Positions 29,597 through 42,300 of a stretch of 64,000 nt of DNA are shown here, one piece after another. Under the pieces are notes generated by a model. The model saw only the letters and a program-made list of their open reading frames with translations, was not told the origin of the DNA and searched no databases. The position numbers and the translations under genes are program-made. How positions within the stretch are numbered: the stretch's first letter is position 1; each line of letters opens with the position of its first letter. This DNA is from Haliotis cracherodii (Eukaryota): NCBI RefSeq assembly GCF_022045235.1, contig NW_027266271.1, positions 15,996,001 through 16,060,000 of the forward strand. The letters are read 5' to 3'.

Positions 29597-31164
29597 CTAC
29601 CAAACACACCGAACAACACTACAGACAACCCTAAATCTTAAAACCGGACTTACACTAGAATCAATCCTAAATCCACAAAATAAATTAGAAAAATTCAAAG
29701 CCTTAGGCATATACCTAATTAAAACAGGACAAATTAGTCGCATTTAAACCCCAAATAAAATAATAAAACCAAAACTACCTTATCTTACAACCACCCAACA
29801 CACACAGCTCCCTTAGTTCGTCCCCCACCAACTCTTGGCATTCTTTCCAAATCTCAAATTTCAAAGTTACTATATAAGCAACCCCTAAAGCCCCCCTCCT
29901 GGGTTGCACAAACTCACTTTTCCTGGCCAGGCCCGTGTGCGACATACGCTTGCAGTCGGAAAGCGCACGTTAAATCTCCAATAAAAGTAAGTAAAATAAT
30001 CAAGTAAATCAGTAACGTCTCGGCGGACTCCGGTCACGCTGCTGGCTGCTCACCGCTGTCTTACTGCTGGACCGACCTAGGACTCTTTGACGGGATTTGG
30101 TGAGATCTTGAACTTTCTCTGAACTGTAAATGTTTGGATAACTTTGTCATACCCACATTTGCTTATCTTACCCCTTATTATACCCTTTTTGTAAGTTCGT
30201 AGACTATTCTGCTTGCTCTTACATTTTATTATAGGGTTATTTGTACTTGTAAGTTCATAGAACTATCTGTTTGTATCTTTCAGTACTTTGGGAAGATATT
30301 TTGGGTAAAATCCTTATTTACGCTTAAGCGTTGTAGTTCTTTTAAATCCACCTATTATACCTTAGAGGTAATTATCCCGTCTGTTGAGTTTTAGCTAATT
30401 GGTCCAATTAAGAGCTTATGTTAATTGGTCACAGCTCATTGTCTCAAGGTGTGAATTCTGTCGGGCGTAGACGTTAGCATACCCATTGTCTTGTCTAGCG
30501 TCCGGTGAGATTGGTTAGCACAGCGCTAGCCTATTTAGTTGTGAGTTTGTCAATTAGCTCCATACCCAGGTGTTTATCTATCAGGTCCTACATACCTGTT
30601 GTTGTAACCCCTACTTGAGTTTGATTGCCTATATAAATAAACTGTTTTAGATTACAAGCCACTTGTTTGTATTACTTTTTTTCTATCATGACCACTGCTA
30701 TTCACTGCCTGACATGCGGATTGACGGCGGATTTTTATGGCTTCTGACAGTTTTCTTTCAGTTAAGTCCTCATGTTTGCACTTGGTCAAATTGAATTTAA
30801 TGGCTAGGGAATATTTGCTGGTGGTTTTAGAGGGCTCCTTTGCTGTCTGTTTTGGCTGTTGAAGTTTCGTGTTTTTTTAATGCAGGGATCTACTGGGCGG
30901 GAGGCTTCTCTAAAGGTTCCTCACACTTCATCACATAGGGGACTCCTTTGTGGGACTGCTTGTTGGAGGGATTATGGTCTATGCTGACGTTATTGTTTAA
31001 ATTGCGAAAAAAGGATAATGATCTCCAAATAGTGTTACATATGTTAAGCAGCTGTTGCTGTTACTAATTTCATGAAGGTAAATCATGTAAATCTTGAATT
31101 GTGCCCTTCAGAACGCCATCTGTACCGAGAACGGTATTTGCCTGTGTTTATTAGGTGTTGGATT

Positions 31165-32810
31165 ATCTGATGGCTATGCATATCTCCGTCTGTTTTTATC
31201 TAAGCATCTGCACTTAGACCGTATGGCTTACTTACTTACTTACTTTGGAGATTTAACGTGCGCTTTCCGACTGATGCGTATTTCGCACACGGGCCCGGCC
31301 AGGCCATTTAATGTGTTTCCGAAAGGGGCGAAGGTGGTCTGTGCAACCCAACAGGGGGCTTTAGGGGTTGCTTATATAGAATTTGGGAATTTTGAGATTT
31401 GGAATAGATGCCGATGGGGTTGGGGAGGAGAACTAAGGGAGCTGGGTATGGTGGATGATTGTTTGTTTATGTGATTTTGATTTGGTAGGTTATTATGGTT
31501 TTAGATGCGTTTTATTAGTTCCGTTTTGATTAAGAATACGCCTAAGGCCTTGAAGTTTTCTAGTTTATTTTGTGGGTTTAGTATTGCTTCTAGAGTGAGA
31601 GCCTTGTTTAGATTGAGGGTGGTTTGTAATGCGGTTCGATGTGTTAGGTAGTGTGTGCAGTGGATGAGTGCGTGTTCTGGGGTTTCTGGTTGTTTGCAGT
31701 GTGGGCAGTTACCTGTAGTGTGTTTTTTTAATTTTTTTAGGTGGTTATTTAGGTTGGTGTGTCCTGTTTGGAGTTTAGTGATTACTCTGTCGATTTTTTT
31801 TGATGGATGGAGAATTTTTGGTTTGGTTAGTGGTTTGCTGAGCACTCTTTTGATTTGGCTATTTGAGTTTAGATATAGGTTATGCCATTTTTTGTGTAAT
31901 TTTTTGTTTGTTTACACTTTTAATTTCTGATTTTGAGATGGGTAAGTTTAAGCTTATTTCTGGGATTTTGAGGGATAGTTTAGCTGCTTTATCGGCGTTT
32001 TCATTACCGTATATTCCTACGTGGGCGGGTATCCACAAGAAGGTTATTTGTTTGCCTGCCTTAGTTAGGTCGTTGGAGCTTTTAAGTATTTGATTTATTA
32101 ATTTAGGTCGGTTTTTGGTATTTTTGTTTTGGAGGGTTTGCAGTCCACTTAGGGAGTCAGTAAGTATTAGGATTTTTTGGTGGTTTTTGGATTCTTGATT
32201 GTGGAGGGCTGAGGCCATGCCCATTAGTTCTGCCGTGAATATTGATTGGTTATTTGGGAGTCGGAAGGATTGTGTGGTTTTAGTTGGTTGTGTGGTATGG
32301 ACTCCGAAACCCGTGTGTTTGGAGGTCGGATCTGAGGATCCGTCCGTGTAAATGTGACACCAATTTGGCCAATTTTTGTGTATGTATGCTAGTGTGGTAG
32401 TTCTAGCTATGTTTGGGTCGGTTTGTTTATTTATTTGGCTAGCTAGTGTTGTGTCTATTTTGGGTATTTTAAGTTTAGGGGTGAAGATATTTGATTTTTT
32501 GCAGTTTTGTTTAAGATTTTTAATTTGGTGTTCATTTAGGTAGTTTGTTATTCTTTGGGATATTGGGGTAGACCGTATGGCTGATGTAGCAGTATAATTG
32601 GCTAATATAGCCCTTGAGTTATATGTAAATTTAAGGCAGTGGGAGGTATGCCTTTTGAGGTGTTAACTAAGTTATATGAAACAATGGTTTGGACTATTTT
32701 AGATTACGGTTCACCAATCAGGGGTTTGCAAGATGTTCTTGTGTTAACATGCAACTTCAAGGCAATTATTGTTTATCTGGGATTAGGTAAATATGGTTTA
32801 AACAAGATAC
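31165..32810 (+). mobile_element. Old LINE RT-thumb fragment (31165-31228 plus 32583-32810) hosting the I-clade insertion
   Basis: YAYLRLFLSKHL...GGMPFEVLTKLYETMVWTILDYGSPIRG, continuous across the TSD. Confidence 0.6.
31229..32568 (-). mobile_element. 5'-truncated second copy of the I-clade LINE (RNase H, CCHC, 3' UTR)
   Basis: IYTDGS, ILTDSLSGL, WIPAHVGIYGNENADKAAK, KLQTGH...CPHCKQPETPEHALIHC; (AAGT)n tail; 14-bp TSD TAGACCGTATGGCT at 31215-31228 and 32569-32582. Confidence 0.93.
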
Positions 32811-33030
32811 CTCTTATTTTAATACCTCTGCCTATATAAAAAATCAAGTAACAAGAGATAGTTGAGGTGTATATGATTACACAACATATTCCTTGGTGGT
32901 CAGTTATCAAGTACAACAGCGTCCGGATTTGATAGCCAGAATGATGGGGTTATACGTAATATTAGTTACTACATTATGTGCACAAGATACGTAAATATTA
33001 TATGTGAGTGTTGGGAGTATTATTTAAGTT

Positions 33031-34170
33031 TTAATCTACCAGAATTTGTGATGAAAGTATGAAAGTAATTGGTTGGAGGTGTGAGGTGTTTCTAAGACTG
33101 TAATCACTGCGAGCGTTAACTTTGCCTGGGATAAGGCTGCAGAGAAAAGCTGGTGCTAAATTATATACCATTTTGTAGAATAAAGATAAAGATTGATTCT
33201 TGTGCCTTAGCGATAATGGTCTCAGATTTCGCCACGATTTCGCAATCAGAGATTTCAATCACAGTGAGTGAGTATGGGTTTACGCCGCTTTTAGCAATAT
33301 TCCAGCAATATCACGGCGGGGGACACCAGACATGGGCTTCACACATTGTGCCCATGTCGGGAATCGAACCCGGGTCTTCGGCGTGAGGAGCGAACGCTTT
33401 AACCACTAGGCTACCCGACCGCCCCGATTTCAATCAGATCACTGATTAACGCTAAAGCTGCGGTGGCGGCGTTTTCTAATAACGAAGGGCATATCGTCAG
33501 CAAAAAGTCTAAAATTACTATTTCTATTATTAACTAAATCACTGATGTAAATCAAGATCAGAAGCGGACCAAGTACAGACCCTTGTGGCACTCCAGCCAG
33601 TACAAAGTTTAATTTGGAGTTATTTTTTTAAAGTAAATACTCTGTGTTTTCCATCCATTAAATAACTTTCAAACAATTTTAATAATGTTCCTTTAATACC
33701 ATTAGCCTCTGGTGTTTTTTTATCCACGGTGCCAGACCTTATCAAAAGCTTTACTTATATCATCAAAAAATGCTCTAACTTCTTTACCATCATCAACGGC
33801 TTTAAGAATAAAGTCCTGAAAATAGATCAGTTGATTATTCGTTGAATCTCCAGGAATAAAACCAGACTGGATATTACTTAGAAAATTCATTATCTCTGAG
33901 AAAGTTGAATACATATTTAAAAACACCTTTTTTCTGGAACTTTGGCAGCAGCTTGTGGGTGCTATAGATATATAATGATATATCAATTCTTTTTCGTTTA
34001 CACTACCCATCTGGTGATCAGGAGTTATAAGTGCTTCCTCCCAGGTTGTGGGGAATTTGGTTGACTGTAATGATATATTTAACAGTGTAGTTAGGGGTTT
34101 TGATATTATTATACTTTTAGCTGGCTGTCAATGATCCTGTTACTTATGCCATCATGTCCAACCACCTCAG
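33031..34170 (-). mobile_element. CR1-type LINE RT fragment
   Basis: QSGFIPGDSTNNQL, DISKAFDKVWHRG, AGVPQGSVLGPLLILIYISD, FADD and LFYKMVYNLAPAFL; interrupted by a SINE. Confidence 0.85.
33262..33425 (-). mobile_element. Short tRNA-derived SINE (family B)
   Basis: Head GGGGCGGTCGGGTAGCCTAGTGGTTAAAGCG...GGTTCGATTCC; tail GCGGCGTAAACC plus (ACTC)n; TSD GATTTCAATCA. Confidence 0.92.
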
Positions 34171-34429
34171 TTGTACCAACTGAAAGTAGTGAGTGAGTTG
34201 GTTTTAACGCCGCTTTTAACAGTATTCCAGTCACATCACGGCGTGTCAGCTTAATGTGGGAGAAAAGCCCCAAGTGATGCAGGTCTCAGACGTTTACCAC
34301 TTCGGTGAAACTCACGAGCACGGGTATGGTGCTGACAAACCTAGAAACATAATCGGGGCGAACCGGGATTCGAACCCAAAATGCCCAAGGGATGCAACAA
34401 AATGGCGGCTCCAAGTCAAGACGATCTGA

Positions 34430-34905
34430 TCGATATTCAAATCAGGTGATCACCATCATTAGGAACATGAAGAGATTTGGGAAATATCTGTTGACGCCGA
34501 ATTTGCGGCACACATATTTTGTCACACCCAGCGATCGACCGAAATCTGCACGGCAGTTCACCAACAGAATGGCGATTTCGTTACGCGATTTTGTAGCCGA
34601 AACCTTTCCCCCATTGAGCACGTCTTGGACATGATAGGGAAACGTGTGTGTCAACGTCATAGGCCGCCGACCACGTCAACGGAACTTGTTCAGGCGCTAG
34701 AAAAGGTGTGGGACAGGCTCCCTCAAATTGCCATTGGGAGACTTTTATACAAGAATACCTGATCGACTGAATGAATGTTTGACAAATAACTGGCGGTTTT
34801 ACGAACTACTGATAAAAAAATATAAAAATTTGAAATTTCCTATCTTACCCCTATCGTCCTTCAAGATCAGTGGAGGTCATAATATCTGCTGTCATACTTC
34901 ACTAT
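34430..34905 (+). mobile_element. Tc1-like transposase C-terminal remnant
   Basis: Across frameshifts: NLSPIEHV(W)DMIGKRV...ELVQALEKVWDRLPQ...IPDRLNECLTNN-GFTNY*, the typical Tc1 DDE C-terminus. Confidence 0.75.
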
Positions 34906-36118
34906 CGGTTGCAATATGTTCCCAAATTGTTCATTAGTATCATACAACTATATTACCAGAAACAATTCTGGAAATTACTTTTGTTAAGGGTATATGAGGG
35001 ACCGACCATTGGCCTGGGATTTTGTCTGGAGATTAAATATTGCTTTCAGCTACAGCTGCAAAACAACATAGTTTCTTTATAAAGAACTATGGACGTGAAT
35101 ATTGTTTTAAGGAAAACACCTTGTAAAGTTTCAACAGTATGAAGCCTCTTTTTTCAACAGTCGGAAGCATAATTATAGTGTTCATGTATTTTCGTGGTAA
35201 ATTCTCTGGACGTCCTGGTACTTCTTCTAATTGGTGGGACCTGGTGGCCAGCACTGACTTGAAACACCTTTATCTCCTTCATCTTCAGGAACTGGATCAC
35301 CTGGATCTCAAGCCGTTGACGATTTAATTATACATTTTGGTACATTACGAACAGCGTTTGACACATCATTACTCCGGCAGTGTAAAGCTTTACAAAAACG
35401 CCGAACACTGTTGTGGACCTGCATTCTCATGGCCGTCAGCGTTTGTCGTTTTTACTTGATTAGGTTCTGCACAAATCTACAGTTAGGTGTTCGTTTCATT
35501 AACACACGTACATTGTTATGTATAAGATTAAATTAACAGCCGTAGAAGGTGAGAGGGCGTCCGTGGTTCCTAATCGCTATTTCCATTCTGTTTGGTCTGT
35601 CACACGCCACCCATTGAACTGAATCACAGAAAATGTATTATCACTTTTTGCTGGGGATTCTCGACTTGCATCAATCGAGTATCTTCACAATTAGGTGGGA
35701 CAGATCGATATGCCTCTCATTTCTATGGATTTACTCTACAATGGTAAATGAATTTCCAATTGTCGATACCCATGTAATCTGTAGAGAAGCCTCAGTCAGA
35801 CGCAAAGGGCTGTTCAAAATAAACATGATTATCGTGTAGGGAATAATAAATTAAGGCAATTCTTTTCTGTACACTAGTTTGGTTTGTTAAATTTTCTAAT
35901 GTCAGTACGTGGTTCAAACAACATTGACATTAGGTGGAGCAATTAACCGCATAATAGGTCCAACAGGTACACGCTGGAATTAAAGGAGATGCACACGAGT
36001 TAGTCCTTAGTTACGTAAACATTACTAACTTACTTACTAAATAGTGGAACAAGTATATTTGTAATAATGGCTATAATACCTTTGATGGTGATTTTGTTTT
36101 GTTACACTTAATAATACT

Positions 36119-37150
36119 AAAGCGCCTGATGGTATTAGGAACCGGTTTTGTAAACTGATCCAATGTGTCCAAATATCCTTACTTCACTGTTTGAATTCTC
36201 TTGTGAATACAGGGGATATTCCGACTTGGTTGTGCAAAGGTCGAATAATACTTCTCCCAATGTCAGGTGATTTTTCTGACCCTAAAAACTTTAGCCCTAT
36301 TTTGTTGTCTGATACACAGTACAAAATATTTACAGGGTGTCTTACATATATTGTGTCATCATACTGCGCTTCCAATGGCATTATTTACATGGAACAGAAA
36401 TTAACCAGAAATTGATGTTGGGGTTGTATGGTTCAATTGCTGGTTCAGAAAATGGTCCTTGAAGAGGCTAAAACTTACCTTCGTAACCTATCAATGTATC
36501 GGATAGACGACAGAAAAGCTAATGATTCTGTACCTCACGAATGGATTATGAAGTCACTGGAATGTATTGACCTCCCCGAACAGCTGCTTGTTTACTCAAG
36601 TCTTTAGTGAATTGTTGGTCAACTCAACTTGGGATGTATTCGCAGGGGCGGGTGGTGACTTCGGAACCAATGTTTATAAAAAGAGGAATACTTTACTAGC
36701 ACAGATCTACATCACCTCTTACTCACCTCCTTTATATGGATGACCTTGAACTTCATTTTTGTTCATTTGTCAACGGAAACGTGGCAAGGTAGAAGAGGCT
36801 AAGTGAGTTTACATGGGGGAGGAGTTATTGATCATCTCATGGTCAGGCGCATACGTACTTAGGGATGCAGATAAGGGACAACTGCGTTTGCTGTACCAAT
36901 CCTTTCGTATTCTTTCAGTGTTGTTGATTGGGCGAAACAAGGAATTCAGGGTATTGATGCCCTCACACGAAAAATCATGACAGACAATAGATCCCTCCAG
37001 CCTCGCTCTTCCCTCCAACGCTTATATCTACCAATCATATTGGGAGGGTGTGGTTTGATTTACGTGGCGGCTCTTCATGATTGAATTGTATTGTGGACTA
37101 TTGCACACATTTATTTATCTGACGATCATCTTGTGAACCATGTCAAGACT
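36119..37150 (+). mobile_element. Decayed R4/Dong-like non-LTR RT
   Basis: WLCKGRIILLP...PKNFSPI...YKIFT, EQK, IDDRKANDSVPHEWI, HLLYMDDL and RLYLP...GG.GL-like remnants. Confidence 0.75.
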
Positions 37151-37828
37151 CATGATGAAAACCAGGCATTCCATAGTTTTCTGAAACAATTCCATCTGTG
37201 GCAAGAACTTTTGCTGACGCCACAGGCTGTCTTCAAGGCCATCCATGCCACGCTTAAACTCTGCTGCCCTGTGGTGGCATAGGACAGGATATCCTTCCCT
37301 GGCGCTGTGCTCATATTTTCATGATGGATTTTGATGTCAAGCCCTTTCCGCAACAGTCAACAGAAACTATACCTCTCAGTTGATTTCATCATATGATTGA
37401 TTTTCACATAATGCACATAGCACAGTCCATTATATTATTAGCCAATCAGTAAACAGTGTTCCGCTAGTGGGCTTGGCTAAATATTTACCTGTTGAAGGAA
37501 ACGTGAAATTACTTGCTTAGCACATAAAATGCCACGGGATCACTTGCAATTTATATACGGATTGACAAAGATGAGAGAATTGAGCACCAGAAGTAGTATG
37601 TCTAAAATTATATAGCAAAGATTTCAATGTTAGGTACAGAAATATTGATAATGATATATCCGTCCCTCAGGCGAGACATCGATGAATGTGAGATATTTGT
37701 CTGTTTATATGTGGCGTAACGCCGCACGCGATATCCCAGCCATGTAAATAATCGCGTCTGGGGCAGACAAACCTGTGAGTGATTTCACTAGCAGCGAGCC
37801 TTGTCTCCGGGGTACAACGATACGCGAC

Positions 37829-38088
37829 ACGATCCGGGGTAGAATAGGTGTTCAGCAACCCATACTTGTCGTAAAAGGCGACTATGCTTGTCGTCAGAGG
37901 CGACTAATGGGATCGGGTGGTCAAGCTCGCAGACTTGGTTGATACATGCCATCGTATCTCAATTGCGTGAATCGATGCTCATGGTGTCAGTCGCTAGATT
38001 GTCTGGGAAAGACTCGATTATTTACAGACCGCCGTCATATAGCTGGAATATTGCTGAGTGCGGCGTAAAACAAACAAACAAACAAACA
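37829..38088 (+). mobile_element. Family C element nested in an older minus-strand family C copy (37697-37828 plus 38089-38188)
   Basis: The flanks are reverse complements of the 3' and 5' halves of the same family. Confidence 0.85.
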
Positions 38089-39141
38089 ATCAACCAAGTC
38101 ACATAGCATGAACACCCGATCCATTAAGTCGCCTCTTACTACCAGCAAAGGTTGCTGTGGCGCAATTCTTACCAGGATTCCACACGGGACACAACCGTGA
38201 GATTCATTATTATACTAATATGGATATGAAAGGATCTGTCAAAGCGGACAGGAAACAATACTATCTATCAACACTACGCCATAGAAAGTGTGTTCATTTC
38301 TGTGAAATGTTTAATTTCGATTTCATGTGTGATACAGTTGTCTGAATTTCGTTTTTGCATCGACATTTCGTAATATAATGAAAACCTTTCGTCTTTCGTA
38401 AAACTGAAAAGGCACTGTCCAGGATTAACATAGATAAGCCATACGGGGCATATAAGAACCGCAACCCTCTGGATAATTTGATTATATATCGATTGGCATA
38501 TTAAGTATAGTGTATCCCATTATTCAAAAGTAATTGATGCCAAATCTATTCACAAATTAAACATTCACAAACGTCTCATTTGATTTTCTTATTGTGCAAA
38601 TCTACATGTTGTTTTTAATGTTAGCTGTATATAAATGATTGTACTTACTTGCAATTGCAGTTTTGTTGGTGTTTGGAATAAGTCTTGATTAAAACTAAAC
38701 AAGAACGTTTCTTCCAAATTGTAAATAACATATAAGGGCTTATTGGACACATAGCCTATATTGTATACATTTTTTAATATATTCTCATTATATATCTTAT
38801 ATCGTTTTATCATGTACATAGTTGTGTTGAGTAATCAAATTTACATTTTGTAAGTGTTTATTCTATCCGAAGATATGATAAATTGAAATTTTGACACTGA
38901 TAATAAATGTAAATAATATGAGTATATAGGTAAAGCTAAGGTATATTTATAACGAAAAGATGACCCTCGTTGGCGAACCCTGCCTTTCAGCGACCAACTG
39001 AGGTCAAAGGCGTGAAGGCATCAAATGCAACAGTGACGGTAACCACAGTTACAGTAAAGCATGCGCAGCATTCCATTGGGAGTACCAAAGCGAGCAATGC
39101 ATCATTAGAGAGTGGTTCTTGATCTGTTGCAGGTTCTCGGT

Positions 39142-39329
39142 ATGAATGTTTCTACAGCGGATGAAGTGGCGGTGGTGGATACCAGAACTACCACTGAGAT
39201 CGTGCTGGAGCTAGGATCTCTAGCCGCCGTTAGCGTTGTCGGCATTGTCGGCAACAGCCTCGTCATAGCCGCAATTGCAGCATGCAAAGATCTCAAGACG
39301 ACTTCAAATGGTTTCATTTTCAATCTGGG
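39142..39329 (+). CDS. GPCR exon 1 (N-terminus, TM1, start of TM2)
   Basis: MNVSTADE...VGIVGNSLVIAAIAACKDLKTTSNGFIFNLG; donor gtatgt at 39330; N-glycosylation sequon NVS. An acceptor-like ttgcag ending at 39132 suggests an upstream UTR exon. Confidence 0.9.
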
Positions 39330-42300
39330 GTATGTATTATTGGCACATCAAAATATAAGCAATTATGTATTTGTTAGCTAGGGAAGCTCCTATCTGCCAT
39401 GGCTAAAATTATATTTATATACTTCCCTAGCCATACTACCGCGATTAGTAAATTATAGAGAAGAAAAGTGAAGCTTATTGCGAGGGAACTTGGTACTCTA
39501 TAGAAGGAACGTAATACGCTTTTCACTTTGACAGATAGGAGCTCTCGAAATTTGGCTCTAACACATAGATTTTCTAAAATCGGTTGATGTGTAAAATGAT
39601 CTTGGACTTGACAATGTTCATTGAATGCTCTATTGTGATCAAGACAACATAATCTTGAACATGACAATATGTTTTGAATGCTCTATTGTGACCAAGGCAA
39701 CATGAACTTTGACTTGATTATATGCTCTGAATGTTCTAGTGTGATCAAGGCCGCATGATCTTGAACTTGACAATATGATCTGTATGTTCTATTGTGATCA
39801 AGGCAACATAATCTTGTACATGGCAAGATGCATTGAATGCTCTATTGTGATCAAGGCAACATGACCTTGGAATTGATTATATGCTCTGAATGTTCTATTG
39901 TGACCAAGGCAACATGATCTTTAACTTGACTATATGCTCTGTATGTTCTATTGTGATCAAGGCAACATGATCTTAGACTTAATTGTATGCTCTGAATGCT
40001 CTATTGTGATCAAGGCAACATGATCTTAGACTTGATTATATGCTCTGAATGCTCTATTGTAATCAAGGCAACATGATCTTGAACTTGACTATATGCTCAG
40101 AATGCTCTACTGGGATCAAGGCGATATGGACATTATACAAAAATAACTTTCTCGCGTTTGGAAACAAACTAGTAACGCAGGACTCAATGGATTTCTCTCT
40201 GCAGCATCCGCAAACGATTCTATTTAACTTTTATTTACATTGTCTGAAAATATGGAAATATAGCATGGTGTATTAGCTGTAGTATCATAGCATATAGTTG
40301 ACATAACCGGCAGTGTGTATTATTCCAGCATTAACACGTGATCAACATTGCATAGCAATGCAACTAAGATCATCAAAGATAACAATATATATACTCACCT
40401 GGGAGCTTAGAATGAAAATCTGTGTGCACACCGATCCGAGGGCTGGTGTAATAATAACGTAGAGCCATGAACATTAACTTGAGTGCAATTTGGCACTTTT
40501 ATTTTTAAACTCGATATGTAAAACACCCCCCTTGACATAGAAGGTAATTCATTTAAAGAAATGTCATTACATTGGATTTTGGCATTATTTTGCGATAAGC
40601 ATAGCGAGAGGTGTGCCTAATTAACCCATTAGAGCGATTACCAGCCTACTCACATAATAGCATGATATCGCAACATAACCCTTTCTGATCATCTGAAAAA
40701 TCGGCTGCAAATGTATGAAGGTCAATTACACTCTAAATTTTATTTATAATGGAAAAAAATAAAAAAAGAGAAAGCACACACACTAAACGCAAAATCAACA
40801 AAGTCCCACCCCAAACAAACAAACAAATCACACAAACCAAACATTATTTTCTGAAAACAAAGAAAAAAAGGAAATAAATTATAAAGAAATGCAAATAAAA
40901 CAACAAAACTGAAGAAAAATTGCACAAGAAAAACCTACATACAAAAAAACCCCAGCAGTAACAGCAAAAAAACCCCCCAAAAACAAAGCTATGCCGGGTT
41001 TTATAATATTGTAATTACCCTATCCTCCTCATTGTCAGCTCGTATGACAGACAAGCTTGCCTTACTGTGGATCCATTGTGCCCGGAATCACCACAGGGTG
41101 AAATCGATGTACTGAGGAAGACAAGAAGATGCGCTTCGAATTATGACCAGTGACATTGTGTTTTTTTGGAGAATAATGCAAGTCATATGTCATCTTTCAA
41201 ACCAAGGCTATCTGTTCCATGGCAACACTTCGTCGTGAAGCTACGATTACCCAACGGCGCTTTAGAACTATCGGATAACCCGTTGAACCAGATACCTTAC
41301 CCTGGTTAAAGAATTAGTTGCTCGTCAGGCGACGTTAACATTACAAATCTTTAATGCATTGTACGATTGTACTTCTCCAACATTCATTGGTGAATGTAAT
41401 CGTGTCATGAAATAGATGCCTAATAGAAGTATGAAACAGATCACAAACATTATTAATGTCTTCAGTCACTCTGGTTGGTGCTGACTCTCCACCATCAGTC
41501 ACCCTGGTTCGCACTGACTCTCCACCGTCAGTCACTCTGGTTTGTACTGACTCTCCACCGTCAGTCACTCTGGTTTGTACTGACTCTCCACCATCAGTCA
41601 CTCTGGTTTGCACTGACTCTCCACCGTCAGTCACTCTGGTTTGTACTGACTCTCCACCGTCAGTCACTCTGGTTTGTACTGACTCTCCACCATCAGTCAC
41701 CCTGGTTCGCACTGACTCTCCACCGTCAGTCACTCTGGTTTGTACTAACTCTCCACCGTCAGTCATTCTGGTTTGTACTGACTCTCCACCACCAGTCACT
41801 CTGGTTCACACTGACTCTCCACCGTCAGTCACTCTGGTTGGTGCTGACTCTCCACCATCAGTCACCCTGGTTCGCACTGACTCTCCACCATCAGTCACTC
41901 TGGTTTGCACTGACTCTCCACCGTCAGTCACTCTGGTTTGTACTGACTCTCCACCGTCAGTCACTCTGGTTTGTACTGACTCTCCACCATCAGTCACCCT
42001 GGTTCGCACTGACTCTCCACCGTCAGTCACTCTGGTTTGTACTAACTCTCCACCGTCAGTCATTCTGGTTTGTACTGACTCTCCACCACCAGTCACTCTG
42101 GTTCACACTGACTCTCCACCGTCAGTCACTCTGGTTTGTACTAACTCTCCACCGTCAGTCATTCTGGTTTGTACTGACTCTCCACCGTCAGTCACTCTGG
42201 TTCGCACTGACTCTCCACCGTCAGTCACTCTGGTTTGTACTAACTCTCCACCGTCAGTCATTCTGGTTTGTACTGACTCTCCACCATCAGTCACTCTGGT

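Larger units (their letters stand above)
26221..30015 (+). mobile_element. I-clade (Nimb-like) LINE with RT, RNase H and CCHC; decayed and interrupted by two insertions
   Basis: SYRPITLTS, QSGF, FLDFSKAFDMVWH, PQGSILSPTLF, FADD, IYTDGS (RNase H), KLQTGH...CPHC..ET..H..IHC; 3' end GCGCACGTTAAATCTCC plus an AGTA-rich tail near 29960-30015. Confidence 0.9.
26059..30749 (+). mobile_element. Probable solo LTR (26059-26220 plus 30016-30749) split by the I-clade LINE
   Basis: Starts T(A)TTACAAAAACCG and ends ...TTCTGACA; internal AATAAA at ~30637; near-matching 4-bp flanks GTTA/GTTT; no ORF. Confidence 0.4.
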
